Shown here one piece after another: positions 1 to 43,770 of a DNA stretch of 64,000 nt. The notes beneath the pieces were generated by a model. The model worked only from the letters and a program-made list of their open reading frames with translations, did not search any database and was not told the origin of the DNA. Source of the DNA: Hormiphora californensis (Eukaryota > Animalia > Ctenophora). Both the position numbers and the translations under genes were made by a program. Location: the NCBI GenBank assembly GCA_020137815.1, contig CM035358.1:5022001-5086000 (forward strand). Direction: 5' to 3'. Each line of letters starts with the position of its first letter. The first letter of the stretch is position 1.

Positions 1-513
1 GAGCCTGGCCACTCGACATAAATTGGGCCCATCGGTGAGATCACCACCCTCCGGAGGGCCCCCCCCCCCATTTGGCGGAGAAAATAGGGTCACTTCCTGG
101 CTAAATCTTCGATATTTCAATATAAAATTATCTAGACTGTCAAAAGGCCACGAAGAAATGGGAATGTTCGTCAGAACGGTTTCTAAACCTTTGTTTCCTG
201 GACTTCGGAATTTTTTGCAAGTTCGACTTTAGCTTTTGCAAAGATTTTGAAAATTTGCACTGAATCTTTACTTGGTACGCGCAAAGAAAACCCGCGCGTA
301 AGACGCGCAGCCAGAGTGCTAGCATCGCGCGTAATTCAACTTTCCTCGTTGAAATTCGTATGGACTTCGCGTCTTACAGACGGAAGGGAAGCGAAACCGG
401 ATCGGAGCTGTAAGTTCCAGTTTCATTCTTACCAAATAAAAAAGACGGATTTCTCAAAATCAAATCTTTAAAATTATAGTACAAAAAAAAAAAAAACATA
501 ATTTCACTGACAA

Positions 514-5876
<5,363 letters not shown>

Positions 5877-6262
5877 ATCTCTTGTTCTGATGATGCTTTG
5901 CAATTTTACATGGCTATAAAAAGTATGGAGTTTGTAAATTAATTCGATAAAATGTAGAGATAGAGCTTGCTCGGCCCTCTCTCACCACGCCCAATGCCCA
6001 TCGATGGCATAGATCCCCCGGCCTATCTACATCTTATACAATCGCCTGTATGGAGCCGCCATACCCCATTTGATTCTCAACAGTGCGCTCAGATGGGGTC
6101 ACGGCAATCGCTGCGTATGTGGTTTTGTCCTGCTACAAGTTAGGGACATAGTCCAGAGAGAGGGGGCGGTAGAGAGGGAGGGAGAGAGAGAAGGAGAGAG
6201 AGACAGAGAGATAGAGACAGAGAATTGTGATGGGGAGATTATAAGCGATGGGGGATAGTCCA

Positions 6263-6939
6263 TTATATACCCTGCTAACTTAAATAATGCGCCAGTGGCG
6301 AGAAGTCCCACTAGCGCGCTCTCAGTAAACAGCCAGTCCAGCGGCAGATTATTTCCCACTGGCAGGTTATTTATTTTTAACTCCTACGTAACATTCAAAG
6401 TGTGTGTAAATGATCAGTTCTTACTAAAATACAGAGGGAACACTATGTGCAACACTTACACACTACATTGGAGAGAAAGAAAGGACACATTCCGTCAATT
6501 ACTCTCTCTTTATCTCCCCTTTTGTCTCACTATCTCTTTCTCTGTGTTATTTGTGACATGCCCCTTATCAGGCTATTTCTTTCACTCTCTTTCCTTAGCA
6601 ACTGCTTAGTAACTGTTACCAAACAGTGTACACTCAATTGTGACGTGTTTTTAACTATTTCTCAGTTCTCTTTGTGTGTTTTGATTAGTGTTCTCTCTCT
6701 TGTTGGTGTGTAAATAAACAACTAAAGCAGGGTATATAACCCATAAACTCTGACCACTGGCACGTTATAGGTTTAAACCCCTCCGCCTCTCCCTCGGCTC
6801 CGCCTCGGGATCGTCGTCGTGATTTAAACCAGTTTATCCGCCAGCGGCGGATAAACTCCAGCTAACTTCTCCCAGCGGCGCGCTGGGAGAAAGTTATCTG
6901 AAATAACGCGCCAGTGGCCAGAGTTTATGCCTCATATAT
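6263..6939 (+). mobile_element. Hairpin-rich interspersed element A, copy 1 (Crypton/DIRS-like, non-autonomous)
   Basis: Nearly identical to 8466-9146 and homologous to the inverted copy at 48609-49103. Nested hairpins surround CTCGGCTCCGCCTCGG. The superfamily assignment is inference. Confidence 0.65.
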
Positions 6940-8465
6940 TTAGGTGCCGGCAGGCACCTCCGACCCGAAGAAAACAGCAAAAAACGAAAAAAAGAAAAAA
7001 AAATTTTTTGCCCTTGCACAAAAACCCAAAAATGCCGGCCCTATTAAGAACAAAGAAAGGTCTTTTTTTTGGGGGGGGGGGGGGGGGGGGGGGCAAAAAA
7101 CATGTCAACGATTGTGGCCACACCGTTTGAGATATCGACTTGAAATTTTGTAGGCATGTTCTTGTAGTATTCCTTTGTGTCATGACGTTGGCGGATTTTT
7201 GAATTTTTAATTAATTAATTAATTATAGGCAATTAAAAATGGTGCAAGGGCACCGTGCCCTTGCACATTGCGTGTTCTGTCCCTTGCACCACGCCCTTGC
7301 ACCAAATTCTATTTTCCGTTCTGCTTAAAATATCGACTTGAAACTTTGTAGGAATGTTCTTCAATCATAAAAGATGATGTTCGAAAAGTGGGAATAGTCA
7401 AAATTAATTAATTAGTTAGTTAGAGCCGTGCAAAAAATGGAATTTGGTGCAAGGGCAGGCAATGTGCAAGGGCAAATGGTGCAAGGGCAGCCCTTGCACC
7501 AATTTTATGATCGAACTGTGTCCACACCGTTTAATATTTTGACACGAAACTTTCTATGCATGTTCTAGTAGCATAACTACGAGTACTAGAAGAGCCGTAT
7601 GATTAATATATCAATTAGGTAATTAATTATAGGCAAATTAATCAAAATTTGCCCTTGCACAATTTGTGCAAATTTCCCCTGAACATGTGCCCTTGCACCA
7701 TTTTGTTTGCCCATGCACTAAATTATATTTTCCGTTCTGCTTAAAATATCGACTTGAAACTTTCTAGGAATGTTCTTCATGCATAAAACATATAATATAA
7801 TCTACAGAAAGTGGGAATAGTCAAAATTAATTAATTAATTACTTAGAGATTAATTTTGGGGTGGCCCCTGCACAATTTTGGCAAATTTGATATTCAAACT
7901 TTGAGCCTTTGTGAAAGTAATGAAAATTATTTATTTCAGGTTATGATGAACAATAAGCTATAAAAACGCCCCTTTTTGTTACACAAGCCTGTGCTTGGTA
8001 TCGAAGACACCTCACACTCTGTCGCCGGGCGACCTTCGCGTGCACACGCTGGCAAGGGGTAACTTCGTAACCAAAGCCTGTGCATTGTGCATAATGAAAT
8101 GGATAAATTTTCATCCAGTTGCTGGCGATAGAACTCGATAGAGTTCGATTGATTTACCATGACAACGGAGTTGGTTACCATACTAACCAGAGAATTCGTT
8201 GTAAAATAGTCCTTTCTTGCTATAAACTCGGCCTTTAGATAGAAAATTGATTTTATTCTACTCGCACTAATGCAAGGGCATTTCACAGTTTGGTGCCGTT
8301 ATTTTTGTCTCTATTTTTAATAGGATTTTGGGATTAGACTGAAAGTATGGGATCATTTGAGAAGTAGTGAAGATTTGAAAATGTTAGCAACTTGCCGGTT
8401 CGACAAACTAAACCCATATGATTCCAACTTCGGGTCGGACGAGGGGAAGCTTGCCTTTTGCGAAC
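6940..8465. mobile_element. Helentron/HINE-like non-autonomous element
   Basis: Terminal hairpin AGGTGCCGGCAGGCACCT; subterminal inverted repeat TCCGACCCGAAG (~6959) / CTTCGGGTCGGA (~8428); internal degenerate repeats (GCCCTTGCAC, ATATCGACTTGAAA). Confidence 0.55.
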
Positions 8466-9146
8466 ATACCCTGCTAACTTAAATAATGCGCCAGTGGCGA
8501 GAAGTCCCACTAGCGCGCTCTCAGTAAACAGCCAGTCCAGCGGCAGATTATTTCCCACTGGCAGGTTATTTATTTTTAACTCCTACGTAACATTCAAAGT
8601 GTGTGTAAATGATCAGTTCTTACTAAAATACAGAGGGAACACTATGTGCAACACTTACACACTACATTGGAGAGAAAGAAAGGACACATTCCGTCAATTA
8701 CTATCTCTTTATCTCCCCTTTTGTCTCACTATCTCTTTCTCTGTGTTATTTGTGGCATGCCCCTTATCAGGCTATTTCTTTCACTCTCTTTCCTTAGCAA
8801 CTGCTTAGTAACTGTTACCAAACAGTGTACACTCAATTGTGACGTGTTTTTAACTATTTCTCAGTTCTCTTTGTGTGTTTTGATTAGTGTTCTCTCTCTT
8901 GTTGGTGTGTAATACTTGAAATAAACAACTAAAGCAGGGTATATAACCCATAAACTCTGACCACTGGCACGTTATAGGTTTAAACCCCTCCGCCTCTCCC
9001 TCGGCTCCGCCTCGGGATCGTCGTCGTGATTTAAACCAGTTTATCCGCCAGCGGCGGATAAACTCCAGCTAACTTCTCCCAGCGGCGCGCTGGGAGAAAG
9101 TTATCTGAAATAACGCGCCAGTGGCCAGAGTTTATGCCTCATATAT
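8466..9146 (+). mobile_element. Element A, copy 2
   Basis: Direct repeat of 6263-6939 with a few substitutions and one short indel. Confidence 0.7.
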
Positions 9147-9421
9147 GTCAGAGAGTAAAGGGAGAGGACGGGCATAATTATTCAGTATTTTTCATTGTTG
9201 CCTAAGCTTAGCCTTCTTGGAGAGAAAACTTCTCATCTCTATGCACTATGCATACTGCACTGGTGGTCTATGCACTATGCAGCTTTGTTAGTTTCTTGAG
9301 CTTTGTTAGTTTCTTGAGATTTATTAGTTTCTTTCTTTGTTATATGACTGGGACTGATCACTCCATTTTCCCTTTACCCACTACTCACACCTGCATTTAC
9401 TTTTTAGCGAAGTTTGATAGA

Positions 9422-10611
9422 ATGGCACTGAAGATCCTCTTTTCTGTATTGCTATCCGTTGTCTATTCATTACCAACAGCCAACTTTCCTTCACCGAGAA
9501 GCAAAGAGAACTACATTAAAGTCAAACTAACAGGTAGTTTTAAAACACAACAAGCCCCTTATTAATTAACATAATTAAATAATTAATACAATTCCCATGT
9601 CCAAAAGGTGAGGGATTGTTTACAGAGTTTTCCCTCTCTGCGTGGATCAATCCTAATAGCGCCATCTCGGACTATCCTGCATGCATCGTATCATACATCA
9701 ACAATGTTACTGATTACTGGGTAACCGCACTCGATTATTGGTATAATGTTGACAGGGACTGTATCATAAAGTCGAAGATATATACAGTGGAAACTGAAAG
9801 CTCTGATTGTATTGCCAGTAAGTCTGAGAAATTTATATATCCCTAATGACTAATCATCGCAAGCAATGGTGCTAAGGTATTCCACAGTAGCAGCCGGGGA
9901 AGGTGTGCGTTTCTGTGAAAGCCGCAACTTTTTTTGTGCATTATAGTTGCTCGCTTTGTTCAACCCTCTCTCATTTCAACCCTCTCTCATTTCTTAACCA
10001 AGTACATTAATTGTCCAGATAAAGAGCCTGTGTACGGGGAGTGGCATCACATTGCTCTCAGCTGGAGGAACTCGGATGGACACTTTCAGGGATTTCTGGA
10101 TGGTCAACTGCTCATTAATGTTACCGACTTGGCCACTGGCAAGACACCACTGGAAACAGGAAGCTTTGTCATAGGACAGGTAAGGGCCCTCTCACAACTT
10201 TTTACTGGTATACACAGTCTGGGAGATTCTTCAAACGTAAATATATTCATATGAGCTAGGTATATTACTACAGGACCACGACACAAGATACGGTGGGTTC
10301 GAGTCCGAGGAGTCGTATGTGGGAGCCATTCGGGATCTGTATTTCTACGGCACAACCCTTACACCCGAGCAAGTACAGGTATGAAGTTTATGAACATTCA
10401 ACATTCAATATGTTGAAGACAATTGTCCTTTTTCACCCCTCCTCCCATTATGCCTTAGTCTACAATAACATCATTATCGCTCTAGGAGTTGTATGATGGC
10501 TCTAGTCGCCCTGACACAGTTGTTGGAGACATTGTTCTAACTTGGCGGGATGTTCTACGGGAGGGGCAAGTCAATGGAGCTGTTACAATCTGGACATACG
10601 GTAAACATTAG
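9422..10611 (+). CDS. Secreted pentraxin/LamG-fold protein; exons 9422-9533, 9608-9817, 10019-10179, 10274-10378, 10486-~10611 (3' end uncertain)
   Basis: Signal peptide MALKILFSVLLSVVYS, then FTEFSLSAWI, GEWHHIALSWRNSDGHFQGFLDG and GSFVIGQDHDTRYGGFESEESYVGAIRDLYFYGTTLTPEQV, which are pentraxin motifs. Splice phases are consistent. Confidence 0.85.
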
Positions 10612-11498
10612 TAGTTTCAGTGTTTCACGGGAAGGAATTATTTTCAAGAATGTTGTTGACTGTTGAGTCCATTCATGCTCTACCCTACCAGGAATTTTAC
10701 TCCTCTTTGCCAATTAAGTCTCGCAAGATCTCCATCCTTTCAAGTTCTTCAACAGATTTCCCCCTTTGTATCGATCAAAATTCAAAACTCAGATATGAAG
10801 TAAAGAAAACTCGCTTTCTTACTTTCCCTCCTCACAAGGGCCCGACCGGTTCTGAGATTGGAAGTATTTTCGGCAGCGGCTGTCATTCCTCCGACCCCGG
10901 CGTAAGATTCTTTCCCTAGCCCGGCCAAAAATAGCTTTTACGAAATAGCCTTCCGGCTTCCCGGTTGGGCCCTGCAGCCTGCTTGGCAAACGTTTCATTG
11001 CTGGCCCCTCACGAGCGGGATAAGGCAGCGCTTTTCAACAAAAACCACCGCCCGGTGGTTTTTCAAAATAAAAAGTCGGGATCGGAGTCGCAGCTCTCGC
11101 GCGCAGAATTCTTCTGCGCGACACAAAGATTTCTGATTCTGCAGAATTTAGCGCCTTCCATACGCACCCCCACCATGATCATGGACCAAGAGTAAAACAG
11201 ACGTGTTAAATAAATACGCATTCAAAATGTCTTGTGTACTCATAATAAATTTTTAAAAGAATAGAAATGCCACCAGGGACACTACCATCGCGTTGACAAG
11301 TAGTCGGCTGAATGAGTATTTAGATTGAACAACTTTCTCCAACATGGACACCTCTTTCCTCCACCCGACACGTCGAATGTCCTGATTATAGATGCTAATC
11401 CAGCTCTAAACAGAGAGTCTTAAGTTCATAAATATATCTCTCTTTTTATCTCTTTTCAGTTTCTTTTTCCACAACATCATTATGAGATGTGTGGAATT

Positions 11499-15652
<4,154 letters not shown>

Positions 15653-16493
15653 GCTACTACTAAACAGGAGAATTCAGGGGAGTTAACTTGTTGGGATGTA
15701 GTCGGCCGACACCCGAAATGAAATAGAATTTGAATGGGGAGAGGAGGTGTTAGCTATGGGGTGTTATGTGCAGGGGGGAGGCTTCAAACTTCAGTTTGTC
15801 ACACTCTCGATAGTGTGTGAATTTGATGAGTGTAACTGTGTGAATTTGAGGAGTGTAACTGTGTGAAATCTTCGAAGAAAAGTTGACACAATTAGTCACA
15901 CTGATTGATTTGGTGTGTGACCTTGCACGTGCAGCAGGCAAAAAGAGCGCGCTTTTTCTCATTGTGTGGAGCCAAGGGACCAGCCGATTGCTGAATGCCC
16001 CCAACTTTTTACCACGCCAACGTAGGGTGTGATCGCGCGTTACTGCGCGTAATCACTTTCCCGCAAAAAGTGGGTATAAAACCAACACATGTGCAACTGG
16101 GCAATGTGTGTGGAATGTGGATACACGGGAAACTATAAACACAATATTGGTAAACTATAAATCACACATAACTTACACAAACATTCTTAACTCATCATCG
16201 TACAAAAATCGATGGAACAAAATCAGAAATCCACAAAAATCATCACGACAAAACTCTATCTCTTCTATCTCTTCTTCTTCTTCTTCTTCTTCTTCTTCTT
16301 TTGGAACTGCCCACAGGGCTCTTGAACCGTGTCATTCGGGTATGTTCCTCGGGGCAGAAACTCCGACCTGGGCCAGGCAGGTGATATCTCCACCCTATCA
16401 GGACTTAGGATTTAGGATGTACTGTTGTCTCCTGTAATCTCCGTACCAAGTCCCAAGTCCCAAGATCCTCTTCCTCTCTACCTCTCAACTACC

Positions 16494-18561
16494 CTACTCG
16501 TCATCTAATGCCCCGTCATCACAGGTGACAGCATCGATCGCCCCAAACTGCTCATAGAAGGCAGAATACAGCCTAACAGCATGATAAGGATCATTTGCTC
16601 CTCCCATCTCCCTAATGGAATGCATTGAGAGCTGAGGACATCCCAGATCGACCGTTCTAATGGCCGTGTTGGCTGAGATAATCGGACCGATGGTAGACCC
16701 ACAAGGGCTATCATTTCTAACCATGACTTCCTGTAATGGGATGCTGTTTCGCCTCGCTAGCTCTCTAATCATAGCAGCTCCCGCGGCAGTGGTAGCATAT
16801 CTTTGGTTACTGTTGTGTTTGATGGCTACACCACCATTTAGAGCAGGTTGGAAGCCCGCTTCGTGTTTTGAGGCGTAGTTAGGGTGGACAGCGTGCACTT
16901 GGTCTGCTGAGAGAAGGAAGGATTGGGGGATACAAAACTCCATTTTATTCTCACTAATCCTCCTCAGAACCAGGTTAGTCAGCTCGGTTCCGGCTCCATG
17001 AGCTGACTGGGATCCCACCTCCTCGTGATCATACAGACACAGCACAGCAGCAGTTGTTGATGATGTGGTCTTGAAATCAGCTAGAGCACGAAGTCCTGCC
17101 CACGCGTTCACCAAGTTATCCTGTCTTGGGGCCATCAGGAACTCGTTATTTAGACCACAAAACCCAGCGGGGGTGTAGTCAGCTAGACACAAATCAAACC
17201 CAAGGATCTCATCCACTTTACATCCAATGTTATCAGCTAGGAGAGCCACCAGTTTGGGGGTGTGGTGGGTATGGAATGGTGCTTGTTGTTTCTCAACTCC
17301 AGTTAACTTCTTCTCAACCGGCATTCCCTCCAGCTCCTTCTCAACGAGCCCCAGAACAGGCAGGAGGTGTTCCTCTTTATTGAACTTGAAGGCCTCGTTG
17401 ACAGTTCTGTCAAGGTGGATAGCCAGGGTCGGGATGTGGAGAAGGGGCTGGTCGATGTGGGCCAGTCGGGCGGAGATTGAACCACCCTCACCCCTCACCA
17501 TCACCTTACCTGTGTGGAGGTGAGTGTGTTACTTTAACTAGTAGGTGAGATTGTTACTTTAACTAGTAGGTGAGATTGTTACTTGAAATAGTAGGTGAGA
17601 TTGTTACCTGCTAGTTTTAGATCCCGATCGAACCATGTCGCCCAGATTCCACCTCCATAACACTCACAACGAACCTGACGAGGGATGGTGTTTTACGAAT
17701 CTGACGAGGGACGAAACAATTGATTTGAGAAATGAGAAAAAGAGGACCGCGGTGACTGGGGAAAATTTACCTGACTGTACCCCACACTCTCATGTTTGCT
17801 CCTCTGTTTCACCCTCAGACAGGGTGAGTCAGTGTGTGCACCGATTATCTGACACCCATTTCCCGGGGTAAACTTCTCTCCCAGGGCAAATGCGATTAGA
17901 GTGCTACTGTTCCTGGTCAGGAAGTATTGGCCACCTGTAAATTAGGAATTTGGGTTAGCTTGGGACTATCAGTAAATTAGAAATTTGGGTTAGATTGGGA
18001 TAACCAAAATGTTGCAACCAAAGCTTTGCCAAGTTAGTAACCAATAGTAACCAATAGTAACCAATAGTAACCAACAGTAACCAATAGTAACCAATAGTAA
18101 CCAATAGTAACCAATAGTAACCAACAGTTATCAATAGTAACCAATAGTAACCAATAGTAATCCAATAGTAACCAATAGTAACCAACAGTTACCAATAGTA
18201 ACCAATACTGTAACCAATAGTAACCATCAGTTACCAATAGTAACCAATAGTAACCAATAGTAACCAACAGTAACCAATAGTAACCAATAGTAACCGATAG
18301 TAACCAACAGTTACCAATAGTTACCAATAGTAACCAACAGTTACCAATAGTAACCAATAGTAACCAATAGTAACCCATAGTAACCCATAGTAACCAACAA
18401 TAGTTACCTGGTTTCAAAGACCACTCCTTGTGCTCCTCCAACCTTGTGTAACCTGATTTCCTCAACACCTTGACGGCCTCAGACACCGCATGATAGGGGG
18501 AGGGGGAGTGGTTTATGTAGTGGAGAAGATCAGTGGCTGCCTCACGAACTGCAATACCCAT
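16494..18561 (-). CDS. DNPEP: Aspartyl aminopeptidase (M18 family), 4 exons
   Basis: [88 protein letters not shown]. Confidence 0.95.
18034..18407. repeat. 10-bp minisatellite filling DNPEP intron 1 from the donor site
   Basis: The minus strand reads CAG|GTAACTATTG followed by (GTTACTATTG/GTAACTATTG)n. Confidence 0.9.
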
Positions 18562-19224
18562 GCTGCTAGAAGAGAGTTTTGAGGTTTAAGGGTGGACTGG
18601 GGAGGGCTATAAAAGTGAGTTTTTAGGGGGAGAGAGAGGGAACTGGGTATAATATACAGAGAGTTTTGGGTTGTAAGGGGGAGGGGAGAAGGAACTGGGT
18701 TCTCGGTGATAGTAGGAGTGCTTAGATCATTCCCGCCAAAAGTTTTGAAGGGAGTGATCTAAGCGCTCCTACTGTTGAGCGTTGGCAGAGAAAAGAGTCA
18801 TGGTTTGAAACTAAATAATTAGTCATAGGAAGTAATACAAATATATACGTTCGTCACATAAATACATTCAAAAATGTAGGATAAAAAGAATTAAAAACCT
18901 TGCTCCTAAAAATAAGAAACGTTCATGAATTTTCAACCTTTCTTTTTTACCTTTTTTGGCTAAGTGCTCATGCTCAATGCTCTTACATAATTGGAGGCAT
19001 TAGAAATACTGTCAACATTGGTCGATACCTAGATGCTGCTAAACCCTAACCAATAGCAACATATTGGTGATCCAATTAGTGGTCATCAAGGTAAATCTAG
19101 ATAAGGAAGACTGCCCTAGTTCCCATATCTAGATAAGGAATACCGCCCTAGTTCCCATATCTAGATAAGGAATACTGCCCTAGTTCCCATATCTAGATAA
19201 GGAATACCGCCCTGGTTCCCATAT

Positions 19225-41207
<21,983 letters not shown>

Positions 41208-41289
41208 ACCGCTATCTAAAATGCAGATGTAAACTGATGAAGTTATGATTTCGTCGAAATCATAAGTTAATTAAGGATTAAGGAAAAAG

Positions 41290-41778
41290 GATTTTGATGC
41301 GTTCAGAAGGGAGAAGCGACTGTCCCTCGGATCATCACATCGGCACAGAAATCAGTCCAGACGCTACGGGATGCATCATTCGGAGTTAGAGCGGTTCAAC
41401 TCTTTAACAGGATGCCCGAGGAAGTACGGCTGGCAACATCAATCGAGAACCTAAAAGTCACACTTGGAGACTTCCTTGCTACCATACCAGACTTTCCACC
41501 TGTCAGAGGATACTCGAGCCCTAGAGATAACTCCCTCGTTGCCCTGCTCACTGAGGGGAAGTAGTTCACTCATATAGGGCATATCATTGTATCACGCGGA
41601 AGCTCTGCTGAGTGCGTTGTATTCATTTGTTATGTATACTAAAACTTATTTGTAATCTTGTAATCTTGTAATCTTGTAAACTCGAACACACAATCATCTC
41701 GAATTACTATGATCACTGCAATTTACAATCAGCCTGTGACTCAGCCCTCAGTTTAAGTTTAAGTTTAAGTTTAAGTTT
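41290..41778 (+). mobile_element. CR1-type LINE 3' fragment
   Basis: SFGVRAVQLFNRMPEEVR..SIENLKVTLGDFLATIPDFP..NSL*, followed by a (GTTTAA)n tail. Confidence 0.7.
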
Positions 41779-42152
41779 ACGCACAATTTATCACAAAGTC
41801 ACACAATTAATATATAACTTCGTCCCGCTCTTACACCATACACTAATAAAGTGATACAAGGCTGAGAGGTGAAAATATACAGTTCACATCAGCGGTTTCC
41901 TAAAGCGGTTTAAACAATACTTAGAGACAGTGATACACATCCTAGTAGCATTAGATGCACAAAATACGAGGAACAAGGGGTTATAGAAAACAAGGTAACG
42001 AACTAACAAAACAAGCAGACAAACATAAAAACAGATTAAACAGAATACACAAAGTAGTCAATACAAAACGGTTAATACAAAAACATACTAACACACGTAC
42101 AAACACATTCACAGACAAACAGACAATCACAAACACATACACACAGATTCGG

Positions 42153-43770
42153 TAATAAATAAATAATAAATTAGCTGTCCTTCAAACACACACTCACTGA
42201 AGAGTCCTTGACAAGTTTTTTATCGAGAAAAACGTATTGAGAAAAACGGTATCCTTGACAAGTTTTTTATCGAGAAAAACGTATTGAGAAAAACGGTATC
42301 CTTGACAAGTTTTTTATCGAGAAAAACGTATTGAGAAAAACGGTGTGTATGGTCTTCTTTCTTCATTCTTCGGCATAAAACTCAGCCAGTCTGGAACCTC
42401 AGCTACTCAAACTCTGCTAAACAACTCAGAGGCCAGAAAATGTTAACAATTTACACAAAATGCACACTTGAAAATATTAACTCATTGACTCAGTCATAGG
42501 TGGTCCCTCTACTAAGTCTCAGGTAGATGTAGGAAGGAATGGTGTAGAAAGTAGGAAGGGATGTAGGAAGGAATATAGGAAGGAATGGTGCAGAGTAGAG
42601 ACAGTAGGTCAGGTGGGATGTAAGGAAGCTGGAAGAAGAGACAGCACCTAGGACACGGGAAACCCAGGAACGAACCAGGTAAGGACAGGGAGGCAGACTA
42701 TTTAGTTCCATGGAACTGCAGGAAGAAATGATGTAGGATTGAGAAAGCAGGTCATAGGTGGGATATAGGGGAGCTGGAGTGTGGGTCTGGAAATAGGGCG
42801 TGGTGGCAATGGTAGCGAGAGACAGCAGACAGGACACGAGAACCTAGGTACGAACCAGGTAAGGACAGGGAGGTAGACTATTTAGTTCCAGGAAGAAATG
42901 ATATAGGATTGTGTCAGCAGGTCATAGGTGGGATATAAGGGAGCTGGAGTGTGGGTCTGGAAGTAGGGCGTGATGGCAGTGATCGCGAGAGACAGCAGAC
43001 AGGACACGAGAGCCCAGGAGCGAACCATGTAAGGACAGGGAGGCAGACTATTTAGTTCCAGGAAGGAATGATGTAGGATTTAGACAGCAGGTCATAGGTG
43101 GGATATAAGGGAGCTGGAGTGTGGGTCTGGAAGTAGGGTAGTGGTGGCAGTGATAGCGAGAGACAGCAGACAGGACACGGGAACCCAGGAACGAACCAGG
43201 TAAGGCCAAGGGAGGGATCTATTTCCCAAAAGTTGTGAAACAGGATCAGATTTAGAACCGCATGCAAGGAATATTATAGGCAGGGAATAATGAGGCGTTT
43301 ATGTGCGGAGCTGGAGCCTGGGGGAAAACAACAGATTTACTGTGAAGTTAACTGGACTGGGTGCCCAGGAAATGATGCAGGTAGATTTGTGCCGGGAAGA
43401 TGGTGCGGTACTGATATAATGCCGAGTGAGGTTTATTCAGGTCCATAAGCCAAAGTAAACATATGGGTTTTCAAGGCCTTTTTAAACATCGGCAAGGTTT
43501 CTGTGGTTCGAATTTCTTTAGGTAGGCGATTCCAGATCCTCGGAGCAGCTATACTAAAAGCTCTCTCAGTGGTTTTGTAGTTGTAGTTACTGTGTACCTC
43601 TTCCAGTCTTGTCGTGTCACAATCGACTCTTAAACTCATCGGTTTTTGTTTCCGTCTTTGTAGCATTTCTGATATGTATCCAGGCGTCCCATTATTCAGG
43701 GATTTGTATACCATCATACAGATCTTATATTCTATTCTGTGTCTAACAGGTAGGAAGTGGGATTTTTTCC
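42153..43770 (-). mobile_element. L2/Crack-type LINE 3' fragment with a long 3' UTR containing ~170-bp and 47-bp tandem repeats
   Basis: HFLPVRHRIEYKICMMVYKSLNNGTPGYISEML...RAFSIAAPRIWNRLPKEIR...FKKALKTHMF; (TTTA)n-like tail at ~42155-42170. The UTR extent is inferred. Confidence 0.7.

Noticed and set aside
1-470. Short ORFs at the window start
   Set aside because: No recognisable motifs. Probably a repeat fragment cut by the window edge, which cannot be classified.
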